From Sphingomonadales bacterium (lineage in GTDB: Bacteria > Pseudomonadota > Alphaproteobacteria > Sphingomonadales > Sphingomonadaceae): DNA of 35,353 bases. A program made the translations under genes and the position numbers. The notes under the pieces were generated by a model. That model did not search any database and was not told the DNA's origin. It was given only the letters and a program-made list of their open reading frames with translations. The stretch covers positions 1 through 35,353 of the forward strand of contig JAYTAR010000038.1 in assembly GCA_043737455.1 (NCBI GenBank). Reading direction: 5' to 3'. This document shows, in pieces, positions 18,027-25,195 of this stretch. Within the stretch, counting starts at the first letter, position 1; each line of letters starts with the position of its first letter.

Positions 18027-19057
18027 CGATTGACCTCCGAGACCGGGAACAACGATGGCGCATTGGAGGGTTTGGTAGCGGGCTTGCCGGTATCAGCAGC
18101 GGGTGACGTTCTCGAAGCCAGGGGCGATGCCGACGGCGGGCCAGCGATCGGACGCGCCTTCCCAAGCTGCGCTGCCACCTGCGCGCGAATGGCGTCCATC
18201 GGATTGGCGGGGGTTATGCCTTCGGTCGCGACCGCCTTAGGCGGCAGCGAGTAGCTGTCTGCCGAGACCGACGAAGCCGTCAATAGACCGGTCTTGGTCG
18301 GCCCTGGCAACCGGGCAGGCGTCACCGAATAAGCCACGCGCGGCAAGGTCGCAGCGGCAGTGCCCGCAACGACTTTGCCGCGCGCAGGTGCGACCCGGGT
18401 TGTTGACGTTTTTTCGACACCCGCGTCGGCGGCCTCGGCGCTCGTGATCTGCGCATCGGCATCGGCGACAGGATCGGGGAACCGGACCTCGGGCGCGGCC
18501 GCCGCCAAATCGCTGAGACTGCGCTGTATGACGCTCGACGTGTCGACAGGTCGAGCTGTCGGCATGTCGTCACCCGATGCCCGTGGGGCTGCGACCGCCG
18601 TCGCATTGGCCGACATCCAGGCCCCGCGCTCGACGACGGCATGGACCGCTGTGCTTTCGCGGAACCGCCCTGCCCCGTCGACATGCGCGGGAAAGACGAT
18701 CCGCAACACCTTCTCCCCGGTGCGCTTGGGCGTGACCGATGCAAGCGTCGTGCGCGAAGACACGTCGGGCGACGGTGAATAGGGGCCGGCAGGCTGTGCC
18801 GAGGCACCGTCGCCGCTGATCATCGCAAGTGCTGCATCATCGATCGTCGTTGTCGGCGCGCACATGCCGTCTGGAGCGCGGCAAGCGAAGTCGCCCTTGA
18901 TGTTACCACCGAGCGTCGCGCACGCGCCCAGCGAGGCTGTGACGGCCAGCATGGTGCCGGTTGCGAGCAGCTGCCGACCCCGGCGCTGTCTTTGGGTCCG
19001 CGTGGCCAGCGCGCGATCGAGCGCGGCCTGTTCTCGAGGCGTCAGCAGGCGGCTCAT
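18023..19057 (-). CDS. traV: Conjugative transfer lipoprotein TraV with a long low-complexity C-terminus
   Basis: Lipobox LGAC, FACRAPDGMC, RTGEKVLRIVFPAHVD. Start ATG 19057 (ATGA overlap with dsbC). Confidence 0.88.
   Translation of the reverse strand: MSRLLTPREQAALDRALATRTQRQRRGRQLLATGTMLAVTASLGACATLGGNIKGDFACRAPDGMCAPTTTIDDAALAMISGDGASAQPAGPYSPSPDVSSRTTLASVTPKRTGEKVLRIVFPAHVDGAGRFRESTAVHAVVERGAWMSANATAVAAPRASGDDMPTARPVDTSSVIQRSLSDLAAAAPEVRFPDPVADADAQITSAEAADAGVEKTSTTRVAPARGKVVAGTAAATLPRVAYSVTPARLPGPTKTGLLTASSVSADSYSLPPKAVATEGITPANPMDAIRAQVAAQLGKARPIAGPPSASPLASRTSPAADTGKPATKPSNAPSLFPVSEVNR
18532..18571. repeat. Phased 8-bp degenerate array, 5 units, inside the traV linker
   Basis: cgctcgac|gtgtcgac|aggtcgag|ctgtcggc|atgtcgtc. 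Confidence 0.75.
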
Positions 19058-20016
19058 GACTTGGCTCCCTTCAGCCAGGTTGCGAGAAATTCCTTGGGGC
19101 GATAACCGTGGAGCACAGCACCATCGGAGCGGACGATGACCGGGGTTCCTGAAAAGCCGTGATCGCGCGCGAATTTCTCGTTGGCGTCGAGCCCCGAGGT
19201 ATTGCACCGCACCGCAGGCAGCTCGTTGCCTGAATAGGCAGCACGAAGCGCACCCGACTTATCCTTGGCGCAATAGACGCGGTTCGAAAGCTCGCGCGTG
19301 CCCATCACCGAGATCGGCCGCTCGACCACCTTGACGTTCATCGTCTCGAGCGCGCCGACGAGCGCACGACAATAGCCGCAGCGGAAATCGGTGAAGATCG
19401 TCACCGTGTGCGCGCCGCTGCCCCAGCGGATCGCGCCGTCGGCGGGAAGCGAAGCGAGCGATACGGTTTGCCCCGCACCCGCCTGTCCGGCTCGCTTGGA
19501 GGGCGCATAGCCAGCGGCTACCGGCTTGCCCGCCTGCGCCGCCGCAAGCGCCTGTGGATCGTCGCCCGCGTCCTCTCCACTGCGTGCCGCACCGCCGAGC
19601 AACGCATCGGGATTGATCTCGAGGAGGCGCGCCGCAGTCAGATCCTGGCGCGTCTCCATATCGTAGAGCCGACCGACGATCAGATAGCGCGCACCGCGAT
19701 CGACGTAGAAAAGCGACTTGCCCGCAACGACTTCGCACAGCCCTGCGACCTTGCCGCAATCGACCGAGCTGACCTCGGTCTTGGGCAGACGCGTCTTGAG
19801 CGCGGCAGTGACGAGCCCATCGCCACCGGTCGCAGCAGAGGCGATCGTGCTTCCCGAGGCAGCAAGAACGCCGCCGAACAGGGCCAGCGCCGGGATGGCG
19901 AGCGTCTTGCGGCTCCGCCAGTCCCAATTGGCGCTCAGAAGCAACCACATAGACCCACCTATTGCGAGCGCAGCCATGGCCAGCAGCCCGATCCAGACAA
20001 GATAGAACATGCTCAC
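19054..20016 (-). CDS. dsbC: DsbC-family thiol:disulfide isomerase
   Basis: N-terminal dimerisation-like domain (GLCEVVAGKSLFYVD..YLIVGRLYD), FTDFRCGYC active site, GFSGTP cis-Pro loop. Confidence 0.9.
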   Translation of the reverse strand: MSMFYLVWIGLLAMAALAIGGSMWLLLSANWDWRSRKTLAIPALALFGGVLAASGSTIASAATGGDGLVTAALKTRLPKTEVSSVDCGKVAGLCEVVAGKSLFYVDRGARYLIVGRLYDMETRQDLTAARLLEINPDALLGGAARSGEDAGDDPQALAAAQAGKPVAAGYAPSKRAGQAGAGQTVSLASLPADGAIRWGSGAHTVTIFTDFRCGYCRALVGALETMNVKVVERPISVMGTRELSNRVYCAKDKSGALRAAYSGNELPAVRCNTSGLDANEKFARDHGFSGTPVIVRSDGAVLHGYRPKEFLATWLKGAKS

Positions 20017-20330
20017 CTCCCCGGCTTCGCGCTATTGGCGGCCTGATGGAGCGTGGGCTCCGCAACAGGCTCGGGCGCCTGCGGGCCGCCACCCTGATCA
20101 ACTTCTGCAACCTGCGGCGCACACTGAGCGCGTGTCTCGCCATCGCGCTTGGCCGAGGCGTCGGTCAGATGGTCCTGACAGCAATTGGCAACCGAACGAC
20201 CGGGACCGGCCTGAGAATTCGCAACCGCCACACTAGAAGGCACTGCCGCAAGGGCGACGGCCCCGAACGAAAGCATGACGAACCCAAGCCCGACCGGGAC
20301 GAGTACGACCGAATTTAGTGGCTTCAACAT
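20013..20330 (-). CDS. Hypothetical exported protein (about 105 aa)
   Basis: GAGGAGGG RBS before ATG 20330; signal-peptide-like N-terminus; stop overlaps the dsbC start. Confidence 0.6.
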   Translation of the reverse strand: MLKPLNSVVLVPVGLGFVMLSFGAVALAAVPSSVAVANSQAGPGRSVANCCQDHLTDASAKRDGETRAQCAPQVAEVDQGGGPQAPEPVAEPTLHQAANSAKPGR

Positions 20331-20341
20331 TACGACCCTCC

Positions 20342-21670
20342 TCAATTGCGGACGAAGGCACCGTCCAGGAACACGATCTCGACCTCGATGCCGGTCGGCA
20401 TCTCGATCACCGGCTGATATTGCTCGGCACGCTCGATCAGATATTTGCTGACGGTATCGGCCGCTCCGCTCACACCTTCGCCGACGCCACCCTGGAGAAT
20501 CTCGCCGGGGCTGAGTTGCTGACGCTTGCCGTTGACGCTGACGTTGGTGCCCTGGAAGAGGCTGTTGGTGTTCGCCGAGAACCCGCGCCCGAGACCGCCA
20601 GCGAGGCTTGCAAGAAATGCCTGGGTGATGAGGCTGCCTTCGCGACTGACGACGCGGCCGCGCACGCCCGATTTCCCCGCGAAAGCGATGAACCCCTTTA
20701 CCTCGCTGACCGCATAGCGGCCGCCGGGCTGCGCGCAGGTCATGCGCTGCAATTTCACGTAGACCTTCTCGCTCGAAAGATCGCCGCGCGCCGCCCCATT
20801 GATCAGGCAGCCCTGGATCTTGGTCGTGAGCACCTTACCGTTGTCGGCGACCGAGCGCGCAGGCCCAGTAATGCGCAGCACCACCGGCAGCGGATCGGTC
20901 TGCGACGAGACGCCCGCGCTTGCATCGACACCGACGATTACGCGCGCCTTCGCAAAGCTGTTCGCAGGCAGATAGTCGGGCGAGTCCGAAAACACCGTCG
21001 TGCCGCGCTCGGCGCGCGTCGCGTTGCCGCCGGGACCGCTCGTGAACGAGACCGTCTTGACCTCGCGCGGCAGCATCGGTGCAGGGAGCGGACCCCCTGC
21101 CCCTTCCGGCGACCGGTAAAGCGGTGGCGACCCTGAGCCGTACAGCGCAGTCGCGCTGGGCGGTGGCGACGGTGCTGCCGCGCGCGTCGCCAGCTGCGAC
21201 TTCAACGTCTCGTTCTCGGTCTGATAGGCCGAGAGCACACGCTGGCCGTCGCTCGACATCGCGGTGTTGGCACCGCGCAGCGTGTCCATTTCCTTTTGCA
21301 TCGCCGCGAGCTGGGCGGCCTGACCGTCGACCGCGCGCAGCCTGTTATCGGTCGAGTCGAAGCGGTTCTCCGAGCGCGCCATCCATTCCTGCTCGCTCAT
21401 CTGGCGATTGACGAGATCGCCGGTCGAGACCTTGACCTCCTTGGCAGTGGGTGAAGCGATACCCGTCGCCGGGGTATCGTCGGCGAAGATGTACCAGGAT
21501 GCGCCGACAAGGAGCACCGTGGCGGCACCGCCGAGCAGCAGTTGCTGCTTCTTGCGCGCATCATCGTTGACCGCCATCGCATTGCCGACGGGCGACACGT
21601 CGTCGGTAGCGGGTTCGGGTGCGACATCGCGGCTCGCGCGCTTGCCGCGCAGATTGTCGAGAATGCTCAT
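20342..21670 (-). CDS. traB: Conjugal transfer protein TraB (VirB10-like)
   Basis: TM, coiled coil, Pro-rich linker, GVDA, GCL..AARGDLSSEKVY, GKSGVRGRVVSR, YLIERAEQYQPVIE. Confidence 0.96.
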   Translation of the reverse strand: MSILDNLRGKRASRDVAPEPATDDVSPVGNAMAVNDDARKKQQLLLGGAATVLLVGASWYIFADDTPATGIASPTAKEVKVSTGDLVNRQMSEQEWMARSENRFDSTDNRLRAVDGQAAQLAAMQKEMDTLRGANTAMSSDGQRVLSAYQTENETLKSQLATRAAAPSPPPSATALYGSGSPPLYRSPEGAGGPLPAPMLPREVKTVSFTSGPGGNATRAERGTTVFSDSPDYLPANSFAKARVIVGVDASAGVSSQTDPLPVVLRITGPARSVADNGKVLTTKIQGCLINGAARGDLSSEKVYVKLQRMTCAQPGGRYAVSEVKGFIAFAGKSGVRGRVVSREGSLITQAFLASLAGGLGRGFSANTNSLFQGTNVSVNGKRQQLSPGEILQGGVGEGVSGAADTVSKYLIERAEQYQPVIEMPTGIEVEIVFLDGAFVRN

Positions 21671-22476
21671 TGGGCGTCTCCCGCAGGCAGGACGATGTAA
21701 GCCGTGGTCGCCGCATCTGGCGCGAGGTTGGGTTCGGCGATTGTGATCGCGACCGCGTTCGAAGGTGCGACCACCTTTTCGGTGATCGTCGCCGCGGTGC
21801 GACCCTTGTTCTCGATGCGGATGACCTTGCCGATCAAGCTGTCGCCACGATACTCGGCGATCATCTGGACCTTCAGATCGCCGACGTTGACCGCGTTCAG
21901 GACGGGTTGGCGCATCCGGTAGCCGTCAGGGATGCTCGACGTGTACATCGCCTGCACGAGCTTGACGGCGGCTTCCTGCGGGTCAGGTGAGGCGGCCGCA
22001 ATGCGCGTCTCACCCTCTTTGTCGCCAGCGATCGCCGGATTGGCGACGAACACCTGCTGCGCTTCGTTGCCGACAAGTCGACACGCAAACTTGTAGACAT
22101 AGCCCTTCTTCGACGTCGCAAAGAAAGACAGGAGTTTTGGACTGTAACCTTCGGGCACCGAAACATAGATGTCGCCGCGGACCGGCTCGTTGACCACCGA
22201 GAAATCCTCGCTCGGATTGCCGGTCTGGAGCTTCGACACGCTCGCGATCTCGTCGCCGACGAGGCTGATCCGCGTCAGATCGCGCGCCGAGGCGATGCAA
22301 TCGACACGCGCATTGTCCGACGCCATCAGCGTCTGATCGGCAAGCGCGGGCGTTGCCATGAGCACAAGCGACAGCACGACAAGACCGGCGCCAACCGTGC
22401 GCGCGCCGAGATCGAGCGGTCGCGAAAGCAAAAGCGTACCGCACGCGACGCCGCAGCCGCAAAGCAGCGGGCTCAC
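21667..22476 (-). CDS. traK: Type-F conjugative secretin-like protein TraK
   Basis: Between traE and traB with overlaps at both ends; signal peptide, DLTRISLVGD, GDIYV, FFATSKKGYVYK. Confidence 0.9.
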   Translation of the reverse strand: MSPLLCGCGVACGTLLLSRPLDLGARTVGAGLVVLSLVLMATPALADQTLMASDNARVDCIASARDLTRISLVGDEIASVSKLQTGNPSEDFSVVNEPVRGDIYVSVPEGYSPKLLSFFATSKKGYVYKFACRLVGNEAQQVFVANPAIAGDKEGETRIAAASPDPQEAAVKLVQAMYTSSIPDGYRMRQPVLNAVNVGDLKVQMIAEYRGDSLIGKVIRIENKGRTAATITEKVVAPSNAVAITIAEPNLAPDAATTAYIVLPAGDAQ

Positions 22477-23048
22477 GACGACACCTTCTTGGTCGGATCG
22501 ACCTTTTCGACCATCCCGAACTGGACGAGCTTCAGGCTGATACCGTTATAGACCCAGCCATATCGGAAGGTCTTCGGGCTCGCTGAGACCTCCTGACGCC
22601 CGACGATCGTATGCAACACGCCGCTGACCTCCGAGGTCATGCTGTCGGGATCCACCTTGAGGCTCTCGAGCGTGTAATATTGCGAGACCGAAGAGCCGCG
22701 CTGGTCGTCGACGATCTTCATGAGGTCGGCTTTGACCTGGCCGTAGGCGCTCGGATGTACCATCTCGAGCACCGCCTTCATCCAATAATCGAGGCTTTGC
22801 GGTGTCCGATTGAGCGTGAGCACCGCCGCGTCGCGCGTGACCGCTTCGAGATACTCGCGGCTGACGCCGGCGCTCGAAATCGTGACCGGGGTGCGCAGCA
22901 CCGGCTGCAGCACGACCTCCCGGTCGCGCGACGCGGCGGCAAGGCCGAGCATGGCGGAAAGTCCGGCAAGCGCGAGACTGGTGACCAGCAGCATATTGCG
23001 CTGCTTCAGGACCCGCTGCGATTGCGTGTGTGAATATGCCAGATCCAT
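22473..23048 (-). CDS. traE: Conjugal transfer pilus assembly protein TraE
   Basis: Start ATG 23048 (MDLAYSH), QRN plus TM, VVLQP, VSREYLE, LTLNRTP. Confidence 0.93.
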   Translation of the reverse strand: MDLAYSHTQSQRVLKQRNMLLVTSLALAGLSAMLGLAAASRDREVVLQPVLRTPVTISSAGVSREYLEAVTRDAAVLTLNRTPQSLDYWMKAVLEMVHPSAYGQVKADLMKIVDDQRGSSVSQYYTLESLKVDPDSMTSEVSGVLHTIVGRQEVSASPKTFRYGWVYNGISLKLVQFGMVEKVDPTKKVSS

Positions 23049-23053
23049 CGGTC

Positions 23054-23341
23054 CTACCCCGCCATCAGTCGAAGAAAGGAAGGTGGCGTGGCGCGAAGTC
23101 CGACAAAGCCCGCTGGCAGATGCCAGTAAGCCAGATGCAGCAACCATGAACTGGCGCGACCCGCTTTTGCTTTGCGCAACGCCCACCAGCTGCCGAAACC
23201 GAGGATGATCCCGATCACGATATGCTGCGTCAAAACACCCCAGATAAACGGCAGGACCATCGCGATGAACTCGTCGAGCGTCCAAAGCCCGATAAGCTCG
23301 GGATCGTCGAGCCGTGCTGGAATGAGATATTTGTCGGCCAT
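23054..23341 (-). CDS. traL: Conjugal transfer protein TraL
   Basis: YLIPARLDDPELIGLWTLDEF, LHLAYWHLP and TPPS motifs. Confidence 0.95.
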   Translation of the reverse strand: MADKYLIPARLDDPELIGLWTLDEFIAMVLPFIWGVLTQHIVIGIILGFGSWWALRKAKAGRASSWLLHLAYWHLPAGFVGLRATPPSFLRLMAG

Positions 23342-23365
23342 AATGCCTCGCCACCTTCAGCTGCA

Positions 23366-23386
23366 CGACCACCCACTGGGCAGCCG
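23366..23386 (-). other. Putative RNA hairpin between traA and traL
   Basis: Minus strand CGGCTGCCC-AGT-GGGTGGTCG pairs fully if G-U pairs are allowed; no U tract. Confidence 0.35.
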
Positions 23387-23394
23387 CAACGGGT

Positions 23395-23724
23395 TCAGAT
23401 CGTGGCGGTGACAGCCGCAGTGACGATCGGCACGCCGGTTCCGGCACCGACGCCGACACCGACAGGGATCGCGACCTGCCCGAGGCTGAAGCGCCCCGAT
23501 GCGAGACCGACGATGCCCCCAGCGAGGCTCAACACGGTGATGATCTTGCCGCCCGAACCCTCGAGAAAGCCGGTGAACGAGGTCAGTGCGGTGTTGAACG
23601 TTGCATCGGCACCAGCCATCGCCGCTTCGGTCCCGATCACCGCGGCCACTGCCGCAAGCAATCCGACCTTCGCCATGCTGGAAACCGAGGCGCGCCCAGG
23701 CAGGGACACAGCCAAACTATTCAT
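23395..23724 (-). CDS. traA: Conjugative pilin precursor TraA
   Basis: First gene of the operon, AAAGGA RBS, leader ending AAMA, two hydrophobic Gly-rich segments, 109 aa. Confidence 0.88.
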   Translation of the reverse strand: MNSLAVSLPGRASVSSMAKVGLLAAVAAVIGTEAAMAGADATFNTALTSFTGFLEGSGGKIITVLSLAGGIVGLASGRFSLGQVAIPVGVGVGAGTGVPIVTAAVTATI

Positions 23725-23856
23725 GGGAACATCCTTTTTCTATCGACGTTTCAATCAACGCCTGGAGAAGGATGGGTCAGCTAGTCGCCGGCAATCCACG
23801 GTTAACCGCTTTTTCGCTGCTTCTGGCCATCAGATATTGATTCGACTCGCCTCAGT

Positions 23857-23938
23857 TTGCCAGTGTTGGCAAAAGCCGTAGCCGAGTGCGGCAAGAACTG
23901 TTGCCGCGTTGGGCAACGGTTTTTGCCACTTGTGGCGC
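23857..23938. promoter_or_regulatory. Four tandem TTGCC-N6-GGCAA palindromes at 22-bp period (putative operator array)
   Basis: Half-sites every 11 bp: TTGCC 23857, GGCAA 23868, TAGCC 23879, GGCAA 23890, TTGCC 23901, GGCAA 23912, TTGCC 23923, GGCGC 23934. Lies between divergent traA and regulator genes. Confidence 0.8.
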
Positions 23939-24018
23939 AGCCGCCTGCGAATCATCGCTGGGCGGGGATGCCTAGTGCTTTACTGCGGCCGACGATTGGC
24001 AGGGCGGCAGGTCTCGCG

Positions 24019-24393
24019 ATGGAAGGCAGCAAACGGACGTTCCAGCTGACGCTCTCGGAAGAGGCGTTCGAAGAGGTCACCCGTGCTGTCATGTTGCAGT
24101 CCAACCGCGCAAAGAAGTTGCAGGGCTTTGGGCAGTGTCTCAACGCTTGGCTAGTTGACTGGCGCGGAGGAGACATCGTCCCCGAATGCGAATCACCCCG
24201 ACTTGATCATGTCGATGCCGACGATCGCCATGCTATCTGGGTAGCTTTGGCAGGCGACTTCTTGAAACTTCTGCTGACTTGTCGTGCAGACTTGAGTAGT
24301 AAATGCGGAAAGTCGGTCACTGTCGCTGCAACAATCTTCGCCATTGTCGATGCATTTCTCCAGAAAGCCGAAAGAAATCGCTTGAAAAGGTGA
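24019..24393 (+). CDS. Hypothetical protein, possible tandem ribbon-helix-helix DNA-binding protein
   Basis: ATG 24019. KRTFQLTLSEEAFEEVTRAV and HAIWVALAGDFLKLLLTCRADLS..VTVAATIFAIVDAFL each look like strand-helix-helix. The longer TTG start at 23857 falls inside the operator array. Confidence 0.6.
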   Translation: MEGSKRTFQLTLSEEAFEEVTRAVMLQSNRAKKLQGFGQCLNAWLVDWRGGDIVPECESPRLDHVDADDRHAIWVALAGDFLKLLLTCRADLSSKCGKSVTVAATIFAIVDAFLQKAERNRLKR

Positions 24394-24444
24394 ATGGAGT
24401 AAATTTACCTTAATCCCAATCCAATTCGACTCTGGGGCGGGACG

Positions 24445-24939
24445 ATGAATGGGCTGTCGCACAACGATAATTTCGACGCCGAACCTCTGAAAGAGCGTCT
24501 AATCAATCTCGACCAGAAGCGCTTTTTGCCGCTGATCATCGAGGTGATGCGCAGGGGCGGCGTGACGCGCGGTGAGCTTGCAAAGCGCACAGGCTTCAGT
24601 CCGTCAAAAATTAGCCGATGCCTGCGCGCGCGTCGAAGGATTGATGGCTTCACGCTCCAGATGTTCTTCCAGGCACTCGATATTGATGACCTGCGCGCGT
24701 TGCTTGCAATCGGACGTCTCGGTGAATGGCAACAGTATTTCAGTCCGGACATCGAGCTGATTACCGACCTGGTACATGAGTTGCCGTCGTGCTTGTCAGA
24801 AGCTCGATCAGATACGGTTCGTTTCGCAATTGGCATTCCGGGAGCCCGCGTGCTCGCGAAGAAGGTCAGCGATATAATTGCCACAAACGATCGCGACGCT
24901 CAACGTAGGATGACCGAACGGCCAATTGCCTTCCTCTGA
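24445..24939 (+). CDS. XRE-family helix-turn-helix transcriptional regulator
   Basis: VMRRGGVTRGELAKRTGFSPSKISRCLRARRRIDGFTLQMFFQALDID. Confidence 0.85.
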   Translation: MNGLSHNDNFDAEPLKERLINLDQKRFLPLIIEVMRRGGVTRGELAKRTGFSPSKISRCLRARRRIDGFTLQMFFQALDIDDLRALLAIGRLGEWQQYFSPDIELITDLVHELPSCLSEARSDTVRFAIGIPGARVLAKKVSDIIATNDRDAQRRMTERPIAFL

Positions 24940-25195
24940 CAATGGCGGAAGTCGCGAACATTGCGGCCGTTCCCGGAATGAATTGTGCCCATCAAAACTT
25001 GCCGTACATTCAGGTGCTGACGGTGCAACGCGAACGGCAAAAACTGGGACTTTACGGCCGTGAGCGCTGGCTAAAGCGAATAGCCGCTATTGTTCGAAGT
25101 AGACATGTGCGACCGGCTCGCGGCCTCTGCGCCGTTGGAGGAAAGTTGCGCTTCGGCTTACCATACGTTTACGGCCAGATTCCGTGATGCCCCAG

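Larger units (their letters stand above)
1020..24939. mobile_element. F-type conjugative transfer region (MPF-F T4SS) of a plasmid or ICE, with divergent regulators
   Basis: Contiguous, mostly translationally coupled traALEKB-dsbC-traVC-trbI-trhF-traWU-trbC-traNFHG on the minus strand plus a lytic transglycosylase. Element ends, relaxase and coupling protein are not visible. Confidence 0.93.

Noticed and set aside
23049-23459. N-terminal extension of traE in the 328-aa ORF
   Set aside because: Overlaps traL and traA out of frame; the ATG at 23048 has an RBS and gives a normal TraE length.
23725-24018. oriT in the traA upstream region
   Set aside because: No nic-site consensus that I can recognise and no relaxase or coupling-protein gene in the window; the repeats are better explained as operators.
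24405-24884. 159-aa minus-strand ORF
   Set aside because: Antisense to the clear XRE-HTH gene.
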